Position numbers and translations under genes: made by a program. 64,000 bases of DNA, taken from Obrimoposthia wandeli (lineage: Eukaryota). The notes under the pieces were generated by a model, which made no database searches, was not told the DNA's origin, and was given only the letters and a program-made list of their open reading frames with translations. Numbering within the stretch: the stretch's first letter is position 1; each line of letters starts with the position of its first letter. The stretch lies in the NCBI GenBank assembly GCA_977020255.1, contig CDROCS010005899.1, positions 1 through 64,000 of the forward strand, written 5' to 3'. Shown piece by piece: positions 9,874 to 21,964 of this stretch.

Positions 9874-11277
9874 TTAAAGCAGCGATTTACGCTGAGCTAG
9901 ATGCACACTGGCACGCTTAGCCGCGTCAACAACTTGCTTAGGCGCTGTGCCGCCAATATGGTCACGCGCAGCAACCGAACCTTCAAGGGTCAGTACGTCA
10001 AATACGTCAGCGGTGATTTGATCAGAGAACTGTTGCAGTTCTTCTAATGTCATCTCACTCAAATCTTTACCGGTCTCAAGACCATACGCTACGGCCTTAC
10101 CCACGATTTCATGGGCATCACGGAAAGGAATACCTTTTACGACTACGTAATCGGCAAGATCCGTTGCTGTAGAGAAACCACGACGGGCTGCTTCATACAT
10201 AGAAGGCTTGTTTGGCTCTAAGTGCGGCGCCATATCAGCAAAAGCACGGATGCTATCGCGCAAAGTATCCACTGTATCGAATAAAGGTTCTTTGTCTTCT
10301 TGGTTATCTTTGTTGTACGCCAATGGCTGTGATTTCATTAACGTTAGCAATGACATTAGGTGACCATAAACACGGCCAGACTTACCACGAACAAGCTCAG
10401 GTACATCAGGGTTTTTCTTCTGCGGCATAATTGAAGAGCCGGTGCAGAAGCGATCTGGCAGATGAATGAACTGGAATTGAGCAGAAGCCCAAAGTACTAA
10501 CTCTTCAGAGAAGCGCGACATGTGCATCATGATGATGGCACCCGCAGCGGTAAATTCAATCGCGAAATCACGGTCAGAAACAGAATCTAGGCTGTTCTCT
10601 GTAGGAGCAGTGAAGCCCAACAACTCAGCCGTATAGTGACGATCAATTGGGTAAGTCGTACCGGCTAACGCGGCAGCGCCTAATGGCAAGTGGTTCAAAC
10701 GCTTACGCACATCTAATAGACGTTCAAAATCACGCTCTAGCATTTCGTTCCACGCCAAAATGTGATGACCAAAAGTCACTGGCTGAGCCGTTTGCAGGTG
10801 AGTGAAACCCGGCATAATCGTATCAGAATGTATTGCTGCTAAGCCGATCAAGCCTTCTTGCAAGCGCGTTAATTCACCACCGATGCTATCGATTTCATCA
10901 CGCAGGTATAAACGAATATCCGTTGCCACCTGATCGTTACGAGAACGGCCAGTATGCAGTTTCTTACCGGTGGTACCGATTTTAGCGGTTAAGGCGGCTT
11001 CGATGTTCATGTGAACGTCTTCAAGTTCGATCGACCAGTTGAAGTCGCCACGCTCGATCTCGATGCGAATTTCTTCTAAGCCGCGTAAAATATCGTCACA
11101 CTCAGCTTGAGTTAAAACACCGATTTTTGTGAGCATTTTAGCGTGAGCAATAGAGCCTTGAATATCATGAGCATACAGTCGCTGATCAAAATCAACTGAG
11201 GCTGTAAAACGGGCAACAAAGGCATCGGTTGGCTCAGAAAAACGGCCGCCCCAAGAAGAGTTAGTTTGATCAGACAT
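9874..11277 (-). CDS. argH: Argininosuccinate lyase
   Basis: WGGRF N-terminus, [26 protein letters not shown]; start placed at MSDQT. Confidence 0.97.
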   Translation of the reverse strand: MSDQTNSSWGGRFSEPTDAFVARFTASVDFDQRLYAHDIQGSIAHAKMLTKIGVLTQAECDDILRGLEEIRIEIERGDFNWSIELEDVHMNIEAALTAKIGTTGKKLHTGRSRNDQVATDIRLYLRDEIDSIGGELTRLQEGLIGLAAIHSDTIMPGFTHLQTAQPVTFGHHILAWNEMLERDFERLLDVRKRLNHLPLGAAALAGTTYPIDRHYTAELLGFTAPTENSLDSVSDRDFAIEFTAAGAIIMMHMSRFSEELVLWASAQFQFIHLPDRFCTGSSIMPQKKNPDVPELVRGKSGRVYGHLMSLLTLMKSQPLAYNKDNQEDKEPLFDTVDTLRDSIRAFADMAPHLEPNKPSMYEAARRGFSTATDLADYVVVKGIPFRDAHEIVGKAVAYGLETGKDLSEMTLEELQQFSDQITADVFDVLTLEGSVAARDHIGGTAPKQVVDAAKRASVHLAQRKSLL

Positions 11278-11490
11278 GAAAACCTCGAATGAATAGCGAG
11301 TGCAAAGAAAGTAGACCAAAGAAAGCAGGTCGTCATTGCACGAAAATGTGAATGCGCGAATTATAGCTCTCTCAGGGGCTAATTAGTAGTCACCTGTTTG
11401 CTGACTGTTATTAGGGATTTTAGCCCTGTAATGCGGTCTACAAGGTAATTATTGCTTGTATTATCCCCTCGACAACGGAACACTGAGTTT

Positions 11491-12540
11491 ATGAATAACG
11501 ATAATAAAAAACTCGAAACCTTTTTCTTACCCGATCTGTGTAATGTACGAGCGGTATTTGTGCTGATTTTATTGTCAGAGGCGCTTGTGACTGCGCTTAT
11601 CTTAATTGAAAGTGGTCTCGTAGGATTCCAGTGGGAACGCTTCGCGACAGTATCGTATTTTGTACAGTGGGTGGCTTTACTCTCTGTCGCCTTATTATGT
11701 CAATCGCGTACCTTTATGGCACGCTTAGCGCTGCCTTGGGCTGTGTGCTGGGCGATGTCGCTATTAATGTTGGTCTGTTTCGCTATCAGTTTAGCGGTTG
11801 AATCGGTCTTCCCATTTCTAGGACTTGGTTATGAAATCAATTGGTCGTGGATTCAGCGTAACATGCTGATTGGTGCCATTTTTGGCAGCATGGGATTGCG
11901 TTATTTCTATGTACAAAGTCAGTGGCGCTTAAAAAGTCAGGCCGAACTAAGTTCGCGCTTACAAGCGTTGCAAGCCAGAATTCGTCCGCACTTCTTCTTT
12001 AATAGCCTCAATACAGTTGCGTCATTAATCGCCATAGACGCTGAGAAAGCAGAAAACATGCTGGTGGACTTATCGTCATTATTTCGCGTGGTATTAAAAG
12101 ATCAAGATGCCCAGGTCGATTTGGCCGCCGAAATTGAGTTAGGCCGACGCTATTTGAATATAGAACAAGAACGCTTGGGCGATCGACTTAAATTAGAATG
12201 GCAGCTGCCTGCCGAAATACCCAAAATTCAAGTGCCTCAACTGCTATTACAGCCGTTGTTAGAAAATGCTATTTATCACGGTATTCAACCCTTAATTGAG
12301 GGTGGGAAAATTGTTATCAATCTGCGTATCAGAGAAGAGAAAAAGAATAAAGAAAAGCGCTGGTTATTAAGCATCGAAAACGATAAACCTGAACTCGCAA
12401 TTGAAAGTGATGGCCATCAAATATCAATGCCCAACATCGCGATGCGCTTAGAAGCGATTTTTTCGGGTGCTGCGACACTAAATTTTGAAGAAACTGCTAA
12501 CCAGTACCGAGTGATGATCGAGTTACCAGAATATAATTAA
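11491..12540 (+). CDS. algZ: LytS-family sensor kinase AlgZ/FimS
   Basis: FFLPDLC N-terminus, TM helices, LQARIRPHFFFNSLNT, LLQPLLENAIYHG; between argH and algR. Confidence 0.9.
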   Translation: MNNDNKKLETFFLPDLCNVRAVFVLILLSEALVTALILIESGLVGFQWERFATVSYFVQWVALLSVALLCQSRTFMARLALPWAVCWAMSLLMLVCFAISLAVESVFPFLGLGYEINWSWIQRNMLIGAIFGSMGLRYFYVQSQWRLKSQAELSSRLQALQARIRPHFFFNSLNTVASLIAIDAEKAENMLVDLSSLFRVVLKDQDAQVDLAAEIELGRRYLNIEQERLGDRLKLEWQLPAEIPKIQVPQLLLQPLLENAIYHGIQPLIEGGKIVINLRIREEKKNKEKRWLLSIENDKPELAIESDGHQISMPNIAMRLEAIFSGAATLNFEETANQYRVMIELPEYN

Positions 12541-12600
12541 AACCGTGAAAAAGTATAACAAAGGCTCGACTAACAAGCCGACACTAAAATTGGAAGACCC

Positions 12601-13371
12601 ATGAGTTTACGAGTATTGCTGGTAGATGATGAACCGTTAGCGCGTCAGCGTTTAGCGCGACTACTGGCGGAACATGAGAACTATCAGATTGTTGCCGAAG
12701 CCGGTAATGGTCAGGCTGCGCTGGATTGGTTGCGGCAGCATAAAGCGGACTTAGTGTTGTTAGACATTCAAATGCCTGGGTTAACTGGGCTGCAAGTTGC
12801 TGAGCAGCTAATGAAAATTCTGCCGAGCACGGGTCCTCGGCCCGCGATAATATTTTGTACCGCCTATGATGAATATGCTTTCAATGCCTTCAAAGTCGAA
12901 GCGGTCGATTATCTATTAAAGCCCATTCGTAAAGACGACTTGAGTAAAGCCCTGCAAAAAGCGCAGCGCTGGATTGAGCAGCAACCAGATGCTGCACCAG
13001 AAATTAAGAATACCCATTTGAGTGCCCGAACCCATATCAGTGCTCGAACTCACCAAGGTTTGCAGCTTATTCCGATTAACGACGTCTACAGTTTTCAGGC
13101 CGATCAAAAGTACATTACTGTCAAATATCAAGTTGAGGGTTCACGCACGGGCGAGGTCCTTATCGATGAGCCGTTAAAGGTACTAGAAGATGAATTTGAA
13201 CAGCACTTTGTGCGCATTCATCGCAATGCCCTCGTGGCTAAAGGCAAGATCGATCGTTTGGAAACCGTTGAAAGCAGTGTACATATTCTCTACTTAAAAG
13301 GCCTGAATGAAGGTATGAGTGTTAGTCGTCGACATCTTCCAGGTGTCAGGAAGTTGATGCGAGGCTTGTAA
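12601..13371 (+). CDS. algR: LytTR-family response regulator AlgR
   Basis: Receiver domain (VDDE, LDIQMPG, DYLLKP) plus LytTR domain (FVRIHRNALV); precedes hemC. Confidence 0.92.
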   Translation: MSLRVLLVDDEPLARQRLARLLAEHENYQIVAEAGNGQAALDWLRQHKADLVLLDIQMPGLTGLQVAEQLMKILPSTGPRPAIIFCTAYDEYAFNAFKVEAVDYLLKPIRKDDLSKALQKAQRWIEQQPDAAPEIKNTHLSARTHISARTHQGLQLIPINDVYSFQADQKYITVKYQVEGSRTGEVLIDEPLKVLEDEFEQHFVRIHRNALVAKGKIDRLETVESSVHILYLKGLNEGMSVSRRHLPGVRKLMRGL

Positions 13372-13483
13372 GGTTTCTTTCCCACTTTTAATAATATCTT
13401 TGAACTGACTTAGGGCATTCTAATAAGCGTATGATTGCTGTTATCATAACGCCATTATTTGTTCATTCCGCGAAGGAAACCTT

Positions 13484-14416
13484 ATGTCAGCCCGTACTCT
13501 TAGAATCGCTACCCGAAAAAGTCCACTTGCTATGTGGCAGGCTGAGCACGTTAAGTCGCGCCTATTAGCGTTGAATCCTGAATTAACTGTTGAGCTTATT
13601 ACCTTCGTAACCAAAGGCGATATCATTTTAGATACCCCTCTGGCTAAAATTGGCGGTAAAGGGTTATTCGTTAAAGAATTAGAAGTGGCCATGTTAGCCG
13701 GTGATGCCGATATCGCCGTGCACTCGATGAAAGATGTGCCAATGGAATTCCCAGAAGGCTTAGAGCTGGGTATTATTTTAGAGCGCGAGAATCCTCGTGA
13801 CGCGTTTGTTTCTAACAATTTCAAAACATTAGAAGATTTACCTCAAGGTGCTGTTGTTGGTACTTCTAGTTTACGTCGCCAGTGCCAGTTGCAGAATCTA
13901 CGCCCTGACCTAGTGATCCGTTCTTTACGCGGTAACGTGCAAACCCGTTTAGGGAAATTAGACAGTGGCGAATTTGATGCCATTATCCTTGCCTCTGCTG
14001 GTTTATTACGTTTAGAAATGGAATCTCGCATCGCTCAGTATCTTGAGCCAGAAGTTTCTTTGCCAGCAGGCGGCCAAGGCGCAGTCGGTATTGAACTGCG
14101 CAGCGGTGATGCTGAAACACTGGCGTTATTACAGCCACTGCAGCACGACATTACTACCTATAGAGTGGTTGCCGAGCGCGCGATGAATCGTCGTTTAGAA
14201 GGCGGCTGTCAGGTGCCGATTGCCTGTTATGCAATAGAAGAGAACGGTGAACTTTGGTTGCGTGGTTTGGTCGGTAGTGTTGATGGTAAGCAAATGCTGA
14301 CGGCAGAATATCGTGCTCCCGTTGCAGAAGCAGAAGCATTAGGCATAAAAGCCGCAGAAGATTTATTGAGCCAAGGCGCGGATAAAATTTTGGCGAAAGT
14401 TTATGCCGACGCCTAG
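13484..14416 (+). CDS. hemC: Hydroxymethylbilane synthase
   Basis: [43 protein letters not shown]. Confidence 0.97.
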   Translation: MSARTLRIATRKSPLAMWQAEHVKSRLLALNPELTVELITFVTKGDIILDTPLAKIGGKGLFVKELEVAMLAGDADIAVHSMKDVPMEFPEGLELGIILERENPRDAFVSNNFKTLEDLPQGAVVGTSSLRRQCQLQNLRPDLVIRSLRGNVQTRLGKLDSGEFDAIILASAGLLRLEMESRIAQYLEPEVSLPAGGQGAVGIELRSGDAETLALLQPLQHDITTYRVVAERAMNRRLEGGCQVPIACYAIEENGELWLRGLVGSVDGKQMLTAEYRAPVAEAEALGIKAAEDLLSQGADKILAKVYADA

Positions 14417-15176
14417 TCTCCCTGCTGAATCTCTTCTGCCTGTACTGGTCACCCGACCCGCATCGCAAGCAGAAGAAATTTGCCCATCGTTAGAAGCATT
14501 AGGCTGTCATGTTATTCGTCAGCCCTTGCTAGAAATTGCAGCGGTGGCAGAAACCCCGACGATCAAATCGCAATTCATGAACATCGATCTATTTGATGTT
14601 GTGATTGCGATTAGTCGCAATGCCGCTGAAACCGGCTTGCTGTATCTTGATCAATACTGGCCGCAATGGCCTTTAGGTATTGATTGGGTGGCGATCGGCC
14701 CAGTAACGGCTGAAGTCATGGCAGCACAGGGCTTAGAAGTCAAAATGCCCGCTGGCCAGTTTGATAGTGAAGGCGCACTGCAGATGCCTGAGCTAACGGC
14801 GGTTGCGGGTAAAAAAATTCTTATTTGGCGTGGCGTTGGTGGTCGTGAAACTCTGGCCAGCACGCTGCGTGAACGCGGTGCAGAAGTTATCTATGCCGAA
14901 CTCTATCAGCGCTTAGTGCCTGAGTATGATGAGCAGCAATGGCAGCAAACCTTAGCCTTAAAACCGTTGTTATTAGTCAGTAGTGGTCAAGGATTAGAAG
15001 CCATTGCGGCGCAACAGCCAAGGATTGCAGAAAGTGTTCGTGGCATCATTGCCCCTAGCCTCCGAGTGGCAGAACTGGCAAAATCATTAGGCTTTAGCAA
15101 AATACAGATTGCTGCGAGTGCTCAAGATGTTGATATGTTGGTGGCAGTGCAACATTGGATCGAAAAAAGTGTTTAA
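14403..15176 (+). CDS. hemD: Uroporphyrinogen-III synthase
   Basis: [31 protein letters not shown]; overlaps hemC. Confidence 0.92.
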   Translation: MPTPSLPAESLLPVLVTRPASQAEEICPSLEALGCHVIRQPLLEIAAVAETPTIKSQFMNIDLFDVVIAISRNAAETGLLYLDQYWPQWPLGIDWVAIGPVTAEVMAAQGLEVKMPAGQFDSEGALQMPELTAVAGKKILIWRGVGGRETLASTLRERGAEVIYAELYQRLVPEYDEQQWQQTLALKPLLLVSSGQGLEAIAAQQPRIAESVRGIIAPSLRVAELAKSLGFSKIQIAASAQDVDMLVAVQHWIEKSV

Positions 15177-15213
15177 TAAAAAGTAAATCGGATCATTTAT
15201 TAAGGAAATAGTT

Positions 15214-16338
15214 GTGACAGATAATTTGCAACAAACACCCGCCGCAGAAGAGCGTCCAGCTGATAACACTTCAGTTGAAAAAGACGTTGCTCAAAAAAGC
15301 TCAGTTGAAAAAACACCCGCTAAGAAGAGTGCGGCCGTAATCGCACCGGCTAAATCTAACTCGATTCTCGCTATTTTCGCATTACTGCTGGTGATTGTTG
15401 CCTTATTGGCGATTGGTGGTCTTGGTTGGAAGGGGTTTGAATTTTCACAACAGTTATTAACGCTCTCGCATCAGTTAGAGCAAAGCACTGAGAAAAATAC
15501 GGCTTTAGCCGCTCAGCTGGCCAATACTGAAAATAAGATAAAACTCTACAATAAAGAATCACAGCAAAATGCTGAGCGTATCGCGCAATTACCGGGTGCC
15601 GACCGTAATGATTGGTTATTAGCCGAAGCTGAGTATTTACTACGCTTGGCAAATCAGCGTTTAGGTCTTGAGAAAGACTGGCAAGGTGCGGTGGCGATTT
15701 TAGTCGCAGCAGATAACGTATTAGCCGAAACTGAAAACCCTTTAGTTAATTCTGTACGTCAATTATTGGCGAAAGAATTGCAAACATTGCGTGCCGTGCC
15801 TGCGGTTGACCTCACCGGTGCTGTGGCACGTTTGCAAGCCGTGCAAGATCAAATTAATGAGTTGGAATGGATGCCTCGCACACTGCCTCAGGTGACAGCC
15901 GTGGTAAAAGATGTGATTGATCCTGAAGTAGCACCGACAGCCTGGGATAAGTTTTTAAGCAAAGCGTTGGCCGGTATAGGCACTATTGTGCGCATCCGTG
16001 AAAACGACAAGGCTTTGCCTGCACCACTTACCCCAGATCAACGTTATTATTTACAACAAAATATGAACCTGATGTTAGAGCAAGCACAGGTCGCGCTGGT
16101 ACGTCAGCAAGATGCATTATATAAGCAAAGTATTGCCAGAACCCTAGACTGGTTAGAAGAATTCTCGATGGTGAAAGATGCTAAAACGACCGCGGTAAAA
16201 GAAACACTGGTTGAGTTAAGCGCATGGAACGTAGCGCCTGAATTTCCTGAGATTAGTGGCTCACTTCTAAAGTTACGCCAGTTGTTGGATCAGCAGCGCC
16301 GTACGGCACAATCTTCTGCCCAAACAACGGCTCAATAA
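15214..16338 (+). CDS. hemX: HemX family membrane protein
   Basis: N-terminal TM, coiled coil, WLLAEAEYLLRLANQRL, YLQQNMNLMLEQAQ. Confidence 0.9.
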   Translation: MTDNLQQTPAAEERPADNTSVEKDVAQKSSVEKTPAKKSAAVIAPAKSNSILAIFALLLVIVALLAIGGLGWKGFEFSQQLLTLSHQLEQSTEKNTALAAQLANTENKIKLYNKESQQNAERIAQLPGADRNDWLLAEAEYLLRLANQRLGLEKDWQGAVAILVAADNVLAETENPLVNSVRQLLAKELQTLRAVPAVDLTGAVARLQAVQDQINELEWMPRTLPQVTAVVKDVIDPEVAPTAWDKFLSKALAGIGTIVRIRENDKALPAPLTPDQRYYLQQNMNLMLEQAQVALVRQQDALYKQSIARTLDWLEEFSMVKDAKTTAVKETLVELSAWNVAPEFPEISGSLLKLRQLLDQQRRTAQSSAQTTAQ

Positions 16339-16351
16339 CGAGGAATAAAAA

Positions 16352-17548
16352 ATGAAAAAACTCGTTATCTTAATTTCCGGATTCTTATTAGTCGGGTTAT
16401 TTTTTGGCTATCTAGTCAGCCTTGATTCTGGCTACGTATTATTTAGCTGGTCTAACTACACTCTAGAAACCAGCTTTTGGTTCTTTAATATTATGTTGGC
16501 GGCATTTTTTATCAGTGCCTATTTAGTATTACGCTTTGTTTTATTATTAATAGGCAGTGATTGGCGTATTAATGATTGGCGTAAACAGCGCCGTTCAATA
16601 CGCGGTCAGCGCCAAACAACCCGTGGTTTTTTGAGCTTGGCTCAAGGCCATTGGCAAACCGCAGAACGACAACTGACGCAAGCGGCTGCCTTAGGTGATA
16701 ATCCATTAATTAATTATCTGGGCGCTGCGCGCGCCGCCTATGAAAAAGGCGAGATGGATAAATCAGATCATTGGTTAAAAGAAGCGGCAAACAGTACTAA
16801 AGGTGCTGAGCTAGCGGTAGCGATTACACAAATCCAATTACTGATCTCTCGCGGTCAAACAGAACAAGCTTTAGCCATTGTATTGCGCTTGCGTAAGCAA
16901 AGCCCAAAACATAAACACTTATTAAAAATGCACATCAAAGTTCTACGTGAACTAGAAGACTGGGTAGGGTTAAAAGACTTGCTGCCAACTGTGCGTAAGT
17001 TGGCCAGACTGATTCCTCAAGACAAGCTAAAAGAATTAGAAGAAAAAGTCGTTATTCAATTAATGCAACGTGCGGTTAAAAGCAATGTCTCTCCAGCATC
17101 GGCAGGACAAGCCAATATCATCAAAGATATTTTTGATGATGCCCCTCGCGCTGTTCGCTTATCGGTTGAAGTATTACGGTGTTATGTTGGATTGCTATTG
17201 CAGCTAAAGCAGCCGAGCCAAGCAGAGCACGCCTTACGTGCGGCGTTATCATCGGTTTGGCACGATGACCTGATTTCTCTTTACGGGCGAGTGAATGCTC
17301 CTGATACTCAGCGCCAGCTATTATTTGCCGAGCAGCAACTGCAAGAACGTACCAACGATCCTATGTTGTTATTAGCACTTGGACGTATCGCTAATCGAAT
17401 AGGGGATAAAGACAAAGCTCAGGAATATTTAGAAGCGGCTGCGAAGATTAAAGCCTTGCCAGAAGTGCATACGGAATTGGGTAATTTATTAACCCAACAA
17501 GGCAAGTTTGAAAGTGCCTGTGAGCATTTTAATAAAGCGTTGGCTTAA
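16352..17548 (+). CDS. hemY: HemY N-terminal/TPR membrane protein
   Basis: GYVLFSWSNYTLETS, TPR-like helices; follows hemX. Confidence 0.9.
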   Translation: MKKLVILISGFLLVGLFFGYLVSLDSGYVLFSWSNYTLETSFWFFNIMLAAFFISAYLVLRFVLLLIGSDWRINDWRKQRRSIRGQRQTTRGFLSLAQGHWQTAERQLTQAAALGDNPLINYLGAARAAYEKGEMDKSDHWLKEAANSTKGAELAVAITQIQLLISRGQTEQALAIVLRLRKQSPKHKHLLKMHIKVLRELEDWVGLKDLLPTVRKLARLIPQDKLKELEEKVVIQLMQRAVKSNVSPASAGQANIIKDIFDDAPRAVRLSVEVLRCYVGLLLQLKQPSQAEHALRAALSSVWHDDLISLYGRVNAPDTQRQLLFAEQQLQERTNDPMLLLALGRIANRIGDKDKAQEYLEAAAKIKALPEVHTELGNLLTQQGKFESACEHFNKALA

Positions 17549-17562
17549 AAAGCACGGGACAT

Positions 17563-17592
17563 AAAAAAGGCTTCTTATAAGAAGCCTTTTTT
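17563..17592. terminator. Bidirectional terminator between hemY and fre
   Basis: Perfect palindrome AAAAAAGGCTTCTTATAAGAAGCCTTTTTT. Confidence 0.9.
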
Positions 17593-17612
17593 ATGTCATT
17601 TATTTTAATATT

Positions 17613-18683
17613 TTATTTCTTCTTATCACGCGGCGCATAACTAAACACATCGCTGTGCATATTCGCTTCGCTTAATCCCAGCTTTTCTAATTGATCTAAA
17701 GTCCCGTGCACCATCGTTGGTGAGCCACAGGCATACATTTGTACGGCACTCAAATCTTCAAAATCTTCATGAATAATTTGATAGATCCAACCTGCACGAC
17801 CTTGCCAGCTATCAATCCCTGCTTCTAATACTGGGTGAAAGTTGAAGTTCGTAAACTCATCGGCCCATTTTTTAGGTGTGTCGTAGAGATAGAATTCATC
17901 TAAAGAACGATTCGACCAATATAAGTGAACTTCGTGTTCTGGGTCTTGGGCTAAAATCGCTTCTGCTAGGCATTGAATTTGCGAGAATCCGGTGCCTGCA
18001 CACACTAATAAGATAGGCTGTTTTGGTAGGTCTTTTAAAAAGCACATACCTTTCGCGAGAGTGACTTTCATGGTACTGCGGTTCTCAGCGGATTGGCTTA
18101 GTTCAGCAATGATGCCCGCGGTCACTTCGTTATGATCAGAGATCTGTAGTTCTAAACGTCGAGGCTGCTCAGGATCAGGGGCATTGGCGATAGAGTAGGG
18201 CAGTTGCTGGTCAGCAGCATGCAGTTCTAAATACTGGCCTGGTAAATACTCGACCTTGCTGCCCGCAGGGGCCAATAGCTCGATGCGGTAAACAGATGCA
18301 TTTAAGCTTTCGACACTCATCACTTGGCAGGCAAGTGTTTTCGCTGGTGAGTGTCCTGGTGCATAAATCTCTGGCATAAAAATCTCTAGATCAGATAACG
18401 GATAAGTTAAACATAATAATACCTGATTAGGAGACTCAAGTATTTCACCTTTTTGCTGCTCGACCTGATAACCCTGGCGCTGGTCGATCGTACCAGACAG
18501 CAATTTAGCTTCGCAGATTTGGCAAACACCATTTTCACAGCTTAAAGGAATGATAATCCCCTGCTCAAAACACGCTTCTTGCAGAGCGACTCCGTCAGCC
18601 ACTTGAATTGAAATATTCGATGGCTGAAAGGTTACTTTGTGCGTTTTAAACTCTGAGCCCTGAGGCTGTAAAAAAGATGTCAT
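17613..18683 (-). CDS. 2Fe-2S ferredoxin-NAD(P)H flavin reductase (Fre-like; often annotated CDP-glucoseen reductase)
   Basis: CENGVCQIC...C 2Fe-2S motif, PGQYL, PYSIAN, AGTGFSQ, YACGSPTM; downstream of ubiD. Confidence 0.85.
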   Translation of the reverse strand: MTSFLQPQGSEFKTHKVTFQPSNISIQVADGVALQEACFEQGIIIPLSCENGVCQICEAKLLSGTIDQRQGYQVEQQKGEILESPNQVLLCLTYPLSDLEIFMPEIYAPGHSPAKTLACQVMSVESLNASVYRIELLAPAGSKVEYLPGQYLELHAADQQLPYSIANAPDPEQPRRLELQISDHNEVTAGIIAELSQSAENRSTMKVTLAKGMCFLKDLPKQPILLVCAGTGFSQIQCLAEAILAQDPEHEVHLYWSNRSLDEFYLYDTPKKWADEFTNFNFHPVLEAGIDSWQGRAGWIYQIIHEDFEDLSAVQMYACGSPTMVHGTLDQLEKLGLSEANMHSDVFSYAPRDKKK

Positions 18684-18713
18684 GTTATAAACCGCTTCTA
18701 ATGCATATAGCTA

Positions 18714-20177
18714 TCATAAGCCTAGCTCATCCCAGATAGCATCAACCTTATCTTTCACTTTTTCGTCCATGACTATCGGTTCACCCCATTCACGATTGGT
18801 TTCACCGGGCCATTTATTGGTTGCGTCCAAGCCCATTTTTGAGCCAAGGCCAGAAACAGGCGAAGCGAAATCGAGATAATCAATCGGCGTATTGTCGATC
18901 AAAGTCGTATCGCGGGTTGGGTCCATACGTGTGGTAATTGCCCAGATCACATCGTTCCAATCGCGTGCATTAATGTCGTCATCAGTGACAATGACGAATT
19001 TGGTATACATGAACTGGCGTAAGAAAGACCATACGCCCAGCATTATGCGCTTGGCATGCCCAGGGTATTGTTTCTTAATAGTCACGATCGCCATACGATA
19101 CGAGCAGCCTTCTGGCGGCAGGTAGAAGTCGGTAATCTCTGGGAATTGCTTACGCAAAATCGGTACAAACACTTCATTCAACGCAACGCCTAAAATAGCG
19201 GGTTCATCTGGTGGACGGCCAGTATAGGTGCTGTGATAGATAGGGTCTTTGCGGTGAGTTATTCGTTCTACGGTGAATACAGGGAAGCTATCCACTTCAT
19301 TGTAATAACCTGTATGGTCACCAAACGGGCCTTCGTCGGCCATTTCGTCTGGGTAGATAAAGCCTTCTAAAATAATCTCGGCCGTGGCAGGCACCATCAA
19401 GTCGTTACCTATGCTCTTCACAACTTCAGTTCGACTATTGCGTAACAGACCCGCAAAGGCGTATTCAGACAGCGTATCAGGCACGGGGGTTACTGCGCCT
19501 AAAATAGTGGCAGGGTCAGCGCCTAAGGCCACGGACACAGGATACGGTTGGCCAGGATTTTGTTGCTGGAATTCACGGAAATCCAACGCGCCACCGCGGT
19601 GGCTTAACCAGCGCATGATGAGTTTGTTTTTGCCAATCACCTGCATGCGGTAAATGCCTAGATTGTGGCGATCTTTATTCGGCCCTTTGGTGATAACTAA
19701 AGGCCAGGTAATTAAGGGCGCAGCATCTCCAGGCCAGCAATGCTGAATAGGGAATTGACTCAGATCGACCGCGTCGCCTTCGTGCACAATTTCTTGGCAA
19801 GGGGCTTTTTTAACGACTTTCTGGCTTAGGCTTAATACCTTCTTGAAAATCGGCAGCTTATCCCAAGCGTCTTTAAGCCCTTTAGGAGGCTCTGGCTCTT
19901 TTAAGAACGCGAGCAGCTCGCCCACTTCACGCAAGGCTTCAACAGAAGATTCACCCATGCCCATCGCCACGCGTTCGGGCGTGCCAAACAAGTTGGCCAG
20001 TACGGGCATGGAGTGGCCTTTGGGGTTTTCAAATAATAATGCCGGGCCGCCCGCACGTAATACACGATCGGCGATTTCGGTCATTTCTAAATGAGGATCG
20101 ACTGGATAGCTGATGCGTTTAAGCTCGCCTTTTTTTTCCAGTTGCTTGATGAAGTCACGCAGATCTTTATATTTCAC
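18714..20177 (-). CDS. ubiD: 4-hydroxy-3-polyprenylbenzoate decarboxylase
   Basis: [35 protein letters not shown]; GTG start at 20177. Confidence 0.96.
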   Translation of the reverse strand: MKYKDLRDFIKQLEKKGELKRISYPVDPHLEMTEIADRVLRAGGPALLFENPKGHSMPVLANLFGTPERVAMGMGESSVEALREVGELLAFLKEPEPPKGLKDAWDKLPIFKKVLSLSQKVVKKAPCQEIVHEGDAVDLSQFPIQHCWPGDAAPLITWPLVITKGPNKDRHNLGIYRMQVIGKNKLIMRWLSHRGGALDFREFQQQNPGQPYPVSVALGADPATILGAVTPVPDTLSEYAFAGLLRNSRTEVVKSIGNDLMVPATAEIILEGFIYPDEMADEGPFGDHTGYYNEVDSFPVFTVERITHRKDPIYHSTYTGRPPDEPAILGVALNEVFVPILRKQFPEITDFYLPPEGCSYRMAIVTIKKQYPGHAKRIMLGVWSFLRQFMYTKFVIVTDDDINARDWNDVIWAITTRMDPTRDTTLIDNTPIDYLDFASPVSGLGSKMGLDATNKWPGETNREWGEPIVMDEKVKDKVDAIWDELGL

Positions 20178-20301
20178 GAATAGCCTGTTTCTGCTGATGA
20201 ATATTTGAATGCCCATATCATAAAGGGCTAAGCAGTTGATTTCTAATCTTATGTCCCTAAGATGGCGGCTAATTAGGTTTAATGTCGATATTCAGGGGCT
20301 T

Positions 20302-20727
20302 ATGGTTATGTTCAGTGCACGATTTTATCTGCTGGTTAGCGCGATTAGTGGCCTGCTGAGTGTGGCTTTGGGTGCCTTTGGTGCCCACGGATTAAAGAAG
20401 GTCGTCAGCTCTGACATGTTAGTTGTGTATCAAACTGGGGTGCAGTATCAGTTTATTCACAGCTTAGTTTTGCTAGCCTTAGCCATTTTAATACTAATAC
20501 CCGTGACTAAACTTGCGGTGGTTAATATGCTGAAGTGGAGTGCAAACCTGATGATGGTCGGGATTCTGCTTTTCAGCGGTAGCTTATATACCATGACATT
20601 TATGTCAGTATCAGGTGGATTCCCCGCTTGGTTAGGTCCGATTACCCCTATTGGTGGATTAGCCTTTATAATGGGCTGGATATTTTTGATGGTTGCCGCG
20701 TTTAAGCTGCCAATTGATGAGCAATAA
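20302..20727 (+). CDS. DUF423 (YgdD-like) membrane protein
   Basis: [34 protein letters not shown]. Confidence 0.9.
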   Translation: MVMFSARFYLLVSAISGLLSVALGAFGAHGLKKVVSSDMLVVYQTGVQYQFIHSLVLLALAILILIPVTKLAVVNMLKWSANLMMVGILLFSGSLYTMTFMSVSGGFPAWLGPITPIGGLAFIMGWIFLMVAAFKLPIDEQ

Positions 20728-20737
20728 TTCATTTATT

Positions 20738-21559
20738 ATGATTGATGAAGAGAAGAATAACGTGACTGAGCAAGACCAATTGTTGGTAGAGAAAGCGCTG
20801 ACAGAAGAAGCGCTGACGCAAGATGCCCTGGGTGAAGAGTCTTTGGTTGAGAAAGAGCTAACGGAAGACGAAGTCATTGAGAGCCAGAAGCGCCGCATCC
20901 GATCTTTTGTTCGTCGCACTGGTCGTTTAACCGCAGGCCAGCAACTTGGCTATGACCGCCAATGGGATACGCTGGGTTTTGCGTTAGAAGACGGCGCGTT
21001 CGATATTCCAAAAGCTTTTGGTCGTGAAGCCTATACCGTATTAGAAATCGGTTTTGGTATGGGACAGTCGTTTATTGAAATGGCGAAAGCTGATCCAGAA
21101 AAGAATTACATCGGCATCGAAGTTCATACTCCGGGTGTCGGTTCGGCTTTACGCATGGCTGATGAAGAAAACGTAAGCAATGTACGTATTAGTCAAGACG
21201 ATGCGATTGAAGTATTGAAGCACCAGATTGCGGATGAAAGCTTTGATTGTTTACAGCTGTTCTTCCCAGATCCTTGGCATAAAAAACGTCACAATAAGCG
21301 TCGCATCGTTAACGAAGAATTCATCCAGAAAATTCGCAGTAAAATGAAGCCTGGTGGCATTATCCACATGGCGACAGACTGGGAACCGTATGCCGTGCAT
21401 ATGATGGAAGTATTGAGCGCCGCTGAAGGTTATAAAAACCAAGCGGGTGAAGGGCAATATACTCCACGTCCAGATCATCGCCCACTGACCAAGTTCGAGA
21501 AACGCGGCGAGAAACTTGGGCACGGTGTTTGGGATTTGTTTTTTGAGAAAATTAGTTAA
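20738..21559 (+). CDS. trmB: tRNA (guanine-N7)-methyltransferase
   Basis: [49 protein letters not shown]. Confidence 0.96.
   Translation: MIDEEKNNVTEQDQLLVEKALTEEALTQDALGEESLVEKELTEDEVIESQKRRIRSFVRRTGRLTAGQQLGYDRQWDTLGFALEDGAFDIPKAFGREAYTVLEIGFGMGQSFIEMAKADPEKNYIGIEVHTPGVGSALRMADEENVSNVRISQDDAIEVLKHQIADESFDCLQLFFPDPWHKKRHNKRRIVNEEFIQKIRSKMKPGGIIHMATDWEPYAVHMMEVLSAAEGYKNQAGEGQYTPRPDHRPLTKFEKRGEKLGHGVWDLFFEKIS
20789..20878 (+). repeat. Six degenerate 15-bp (5-aa) acidic repeats in the trmB N-terminus
   Basis: [30 protein letters not shown]; AAGCGCTGAC repeated at 15-bp spacing. Confidence 0.7.
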
Positions 21560-21622
21560 CCACATTCATTAATAACAATTTTTAAAAGACTGATTAAGTT
21601 TTAGAATTTAGGGATTTAGAGC

Positions 21623-21916
21623 ATGACTAAGAAAGATAAAGAAAAAGTATTTGGTGGTGAGTGGAACGAAGCTCAGCTAGAAGAGTTTTTGGTTGAGCAA
21701 GATTACCCGGGTGAAACGGCTAACTTCACCTCGATTATTCGTGCATACCGTCACATGATGCCCGCATCGTTTGCCGATTTTCTTGTTTTGTTAAAAGAAA
21801 AAGGCGGAGATATTAATGCTAAGAATGACGCTGGCGAAAGTGCATTAGCTATTATTTCTGGCCATCCTAAGGGTGCTGAGTTCGCTGCTCTATTGAAAGA
21901 AGCTGGCGCAAAGTAA
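21623..21916 (+). CDS. PA4642-family small protein
   Basis: KKDKEKVFGGEW, IIRAYRHM, FL...GGDINA pattern with ankyrin-like tail. Confidence 0.6.
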   Translation: MTKKDKEKVFGGEWNEAQLEEFLVEQDYPGETANFTSIIRAYRHMMPASFADFLVLLKEKGGDINAKNDAGESALAIISGHPKGAEFAALLKEAGAK

Positions 21917-21964
21917 GCGGAACTTCAAGTAATAAGATCGATCATTGCAGCGCTATGGCTCATG

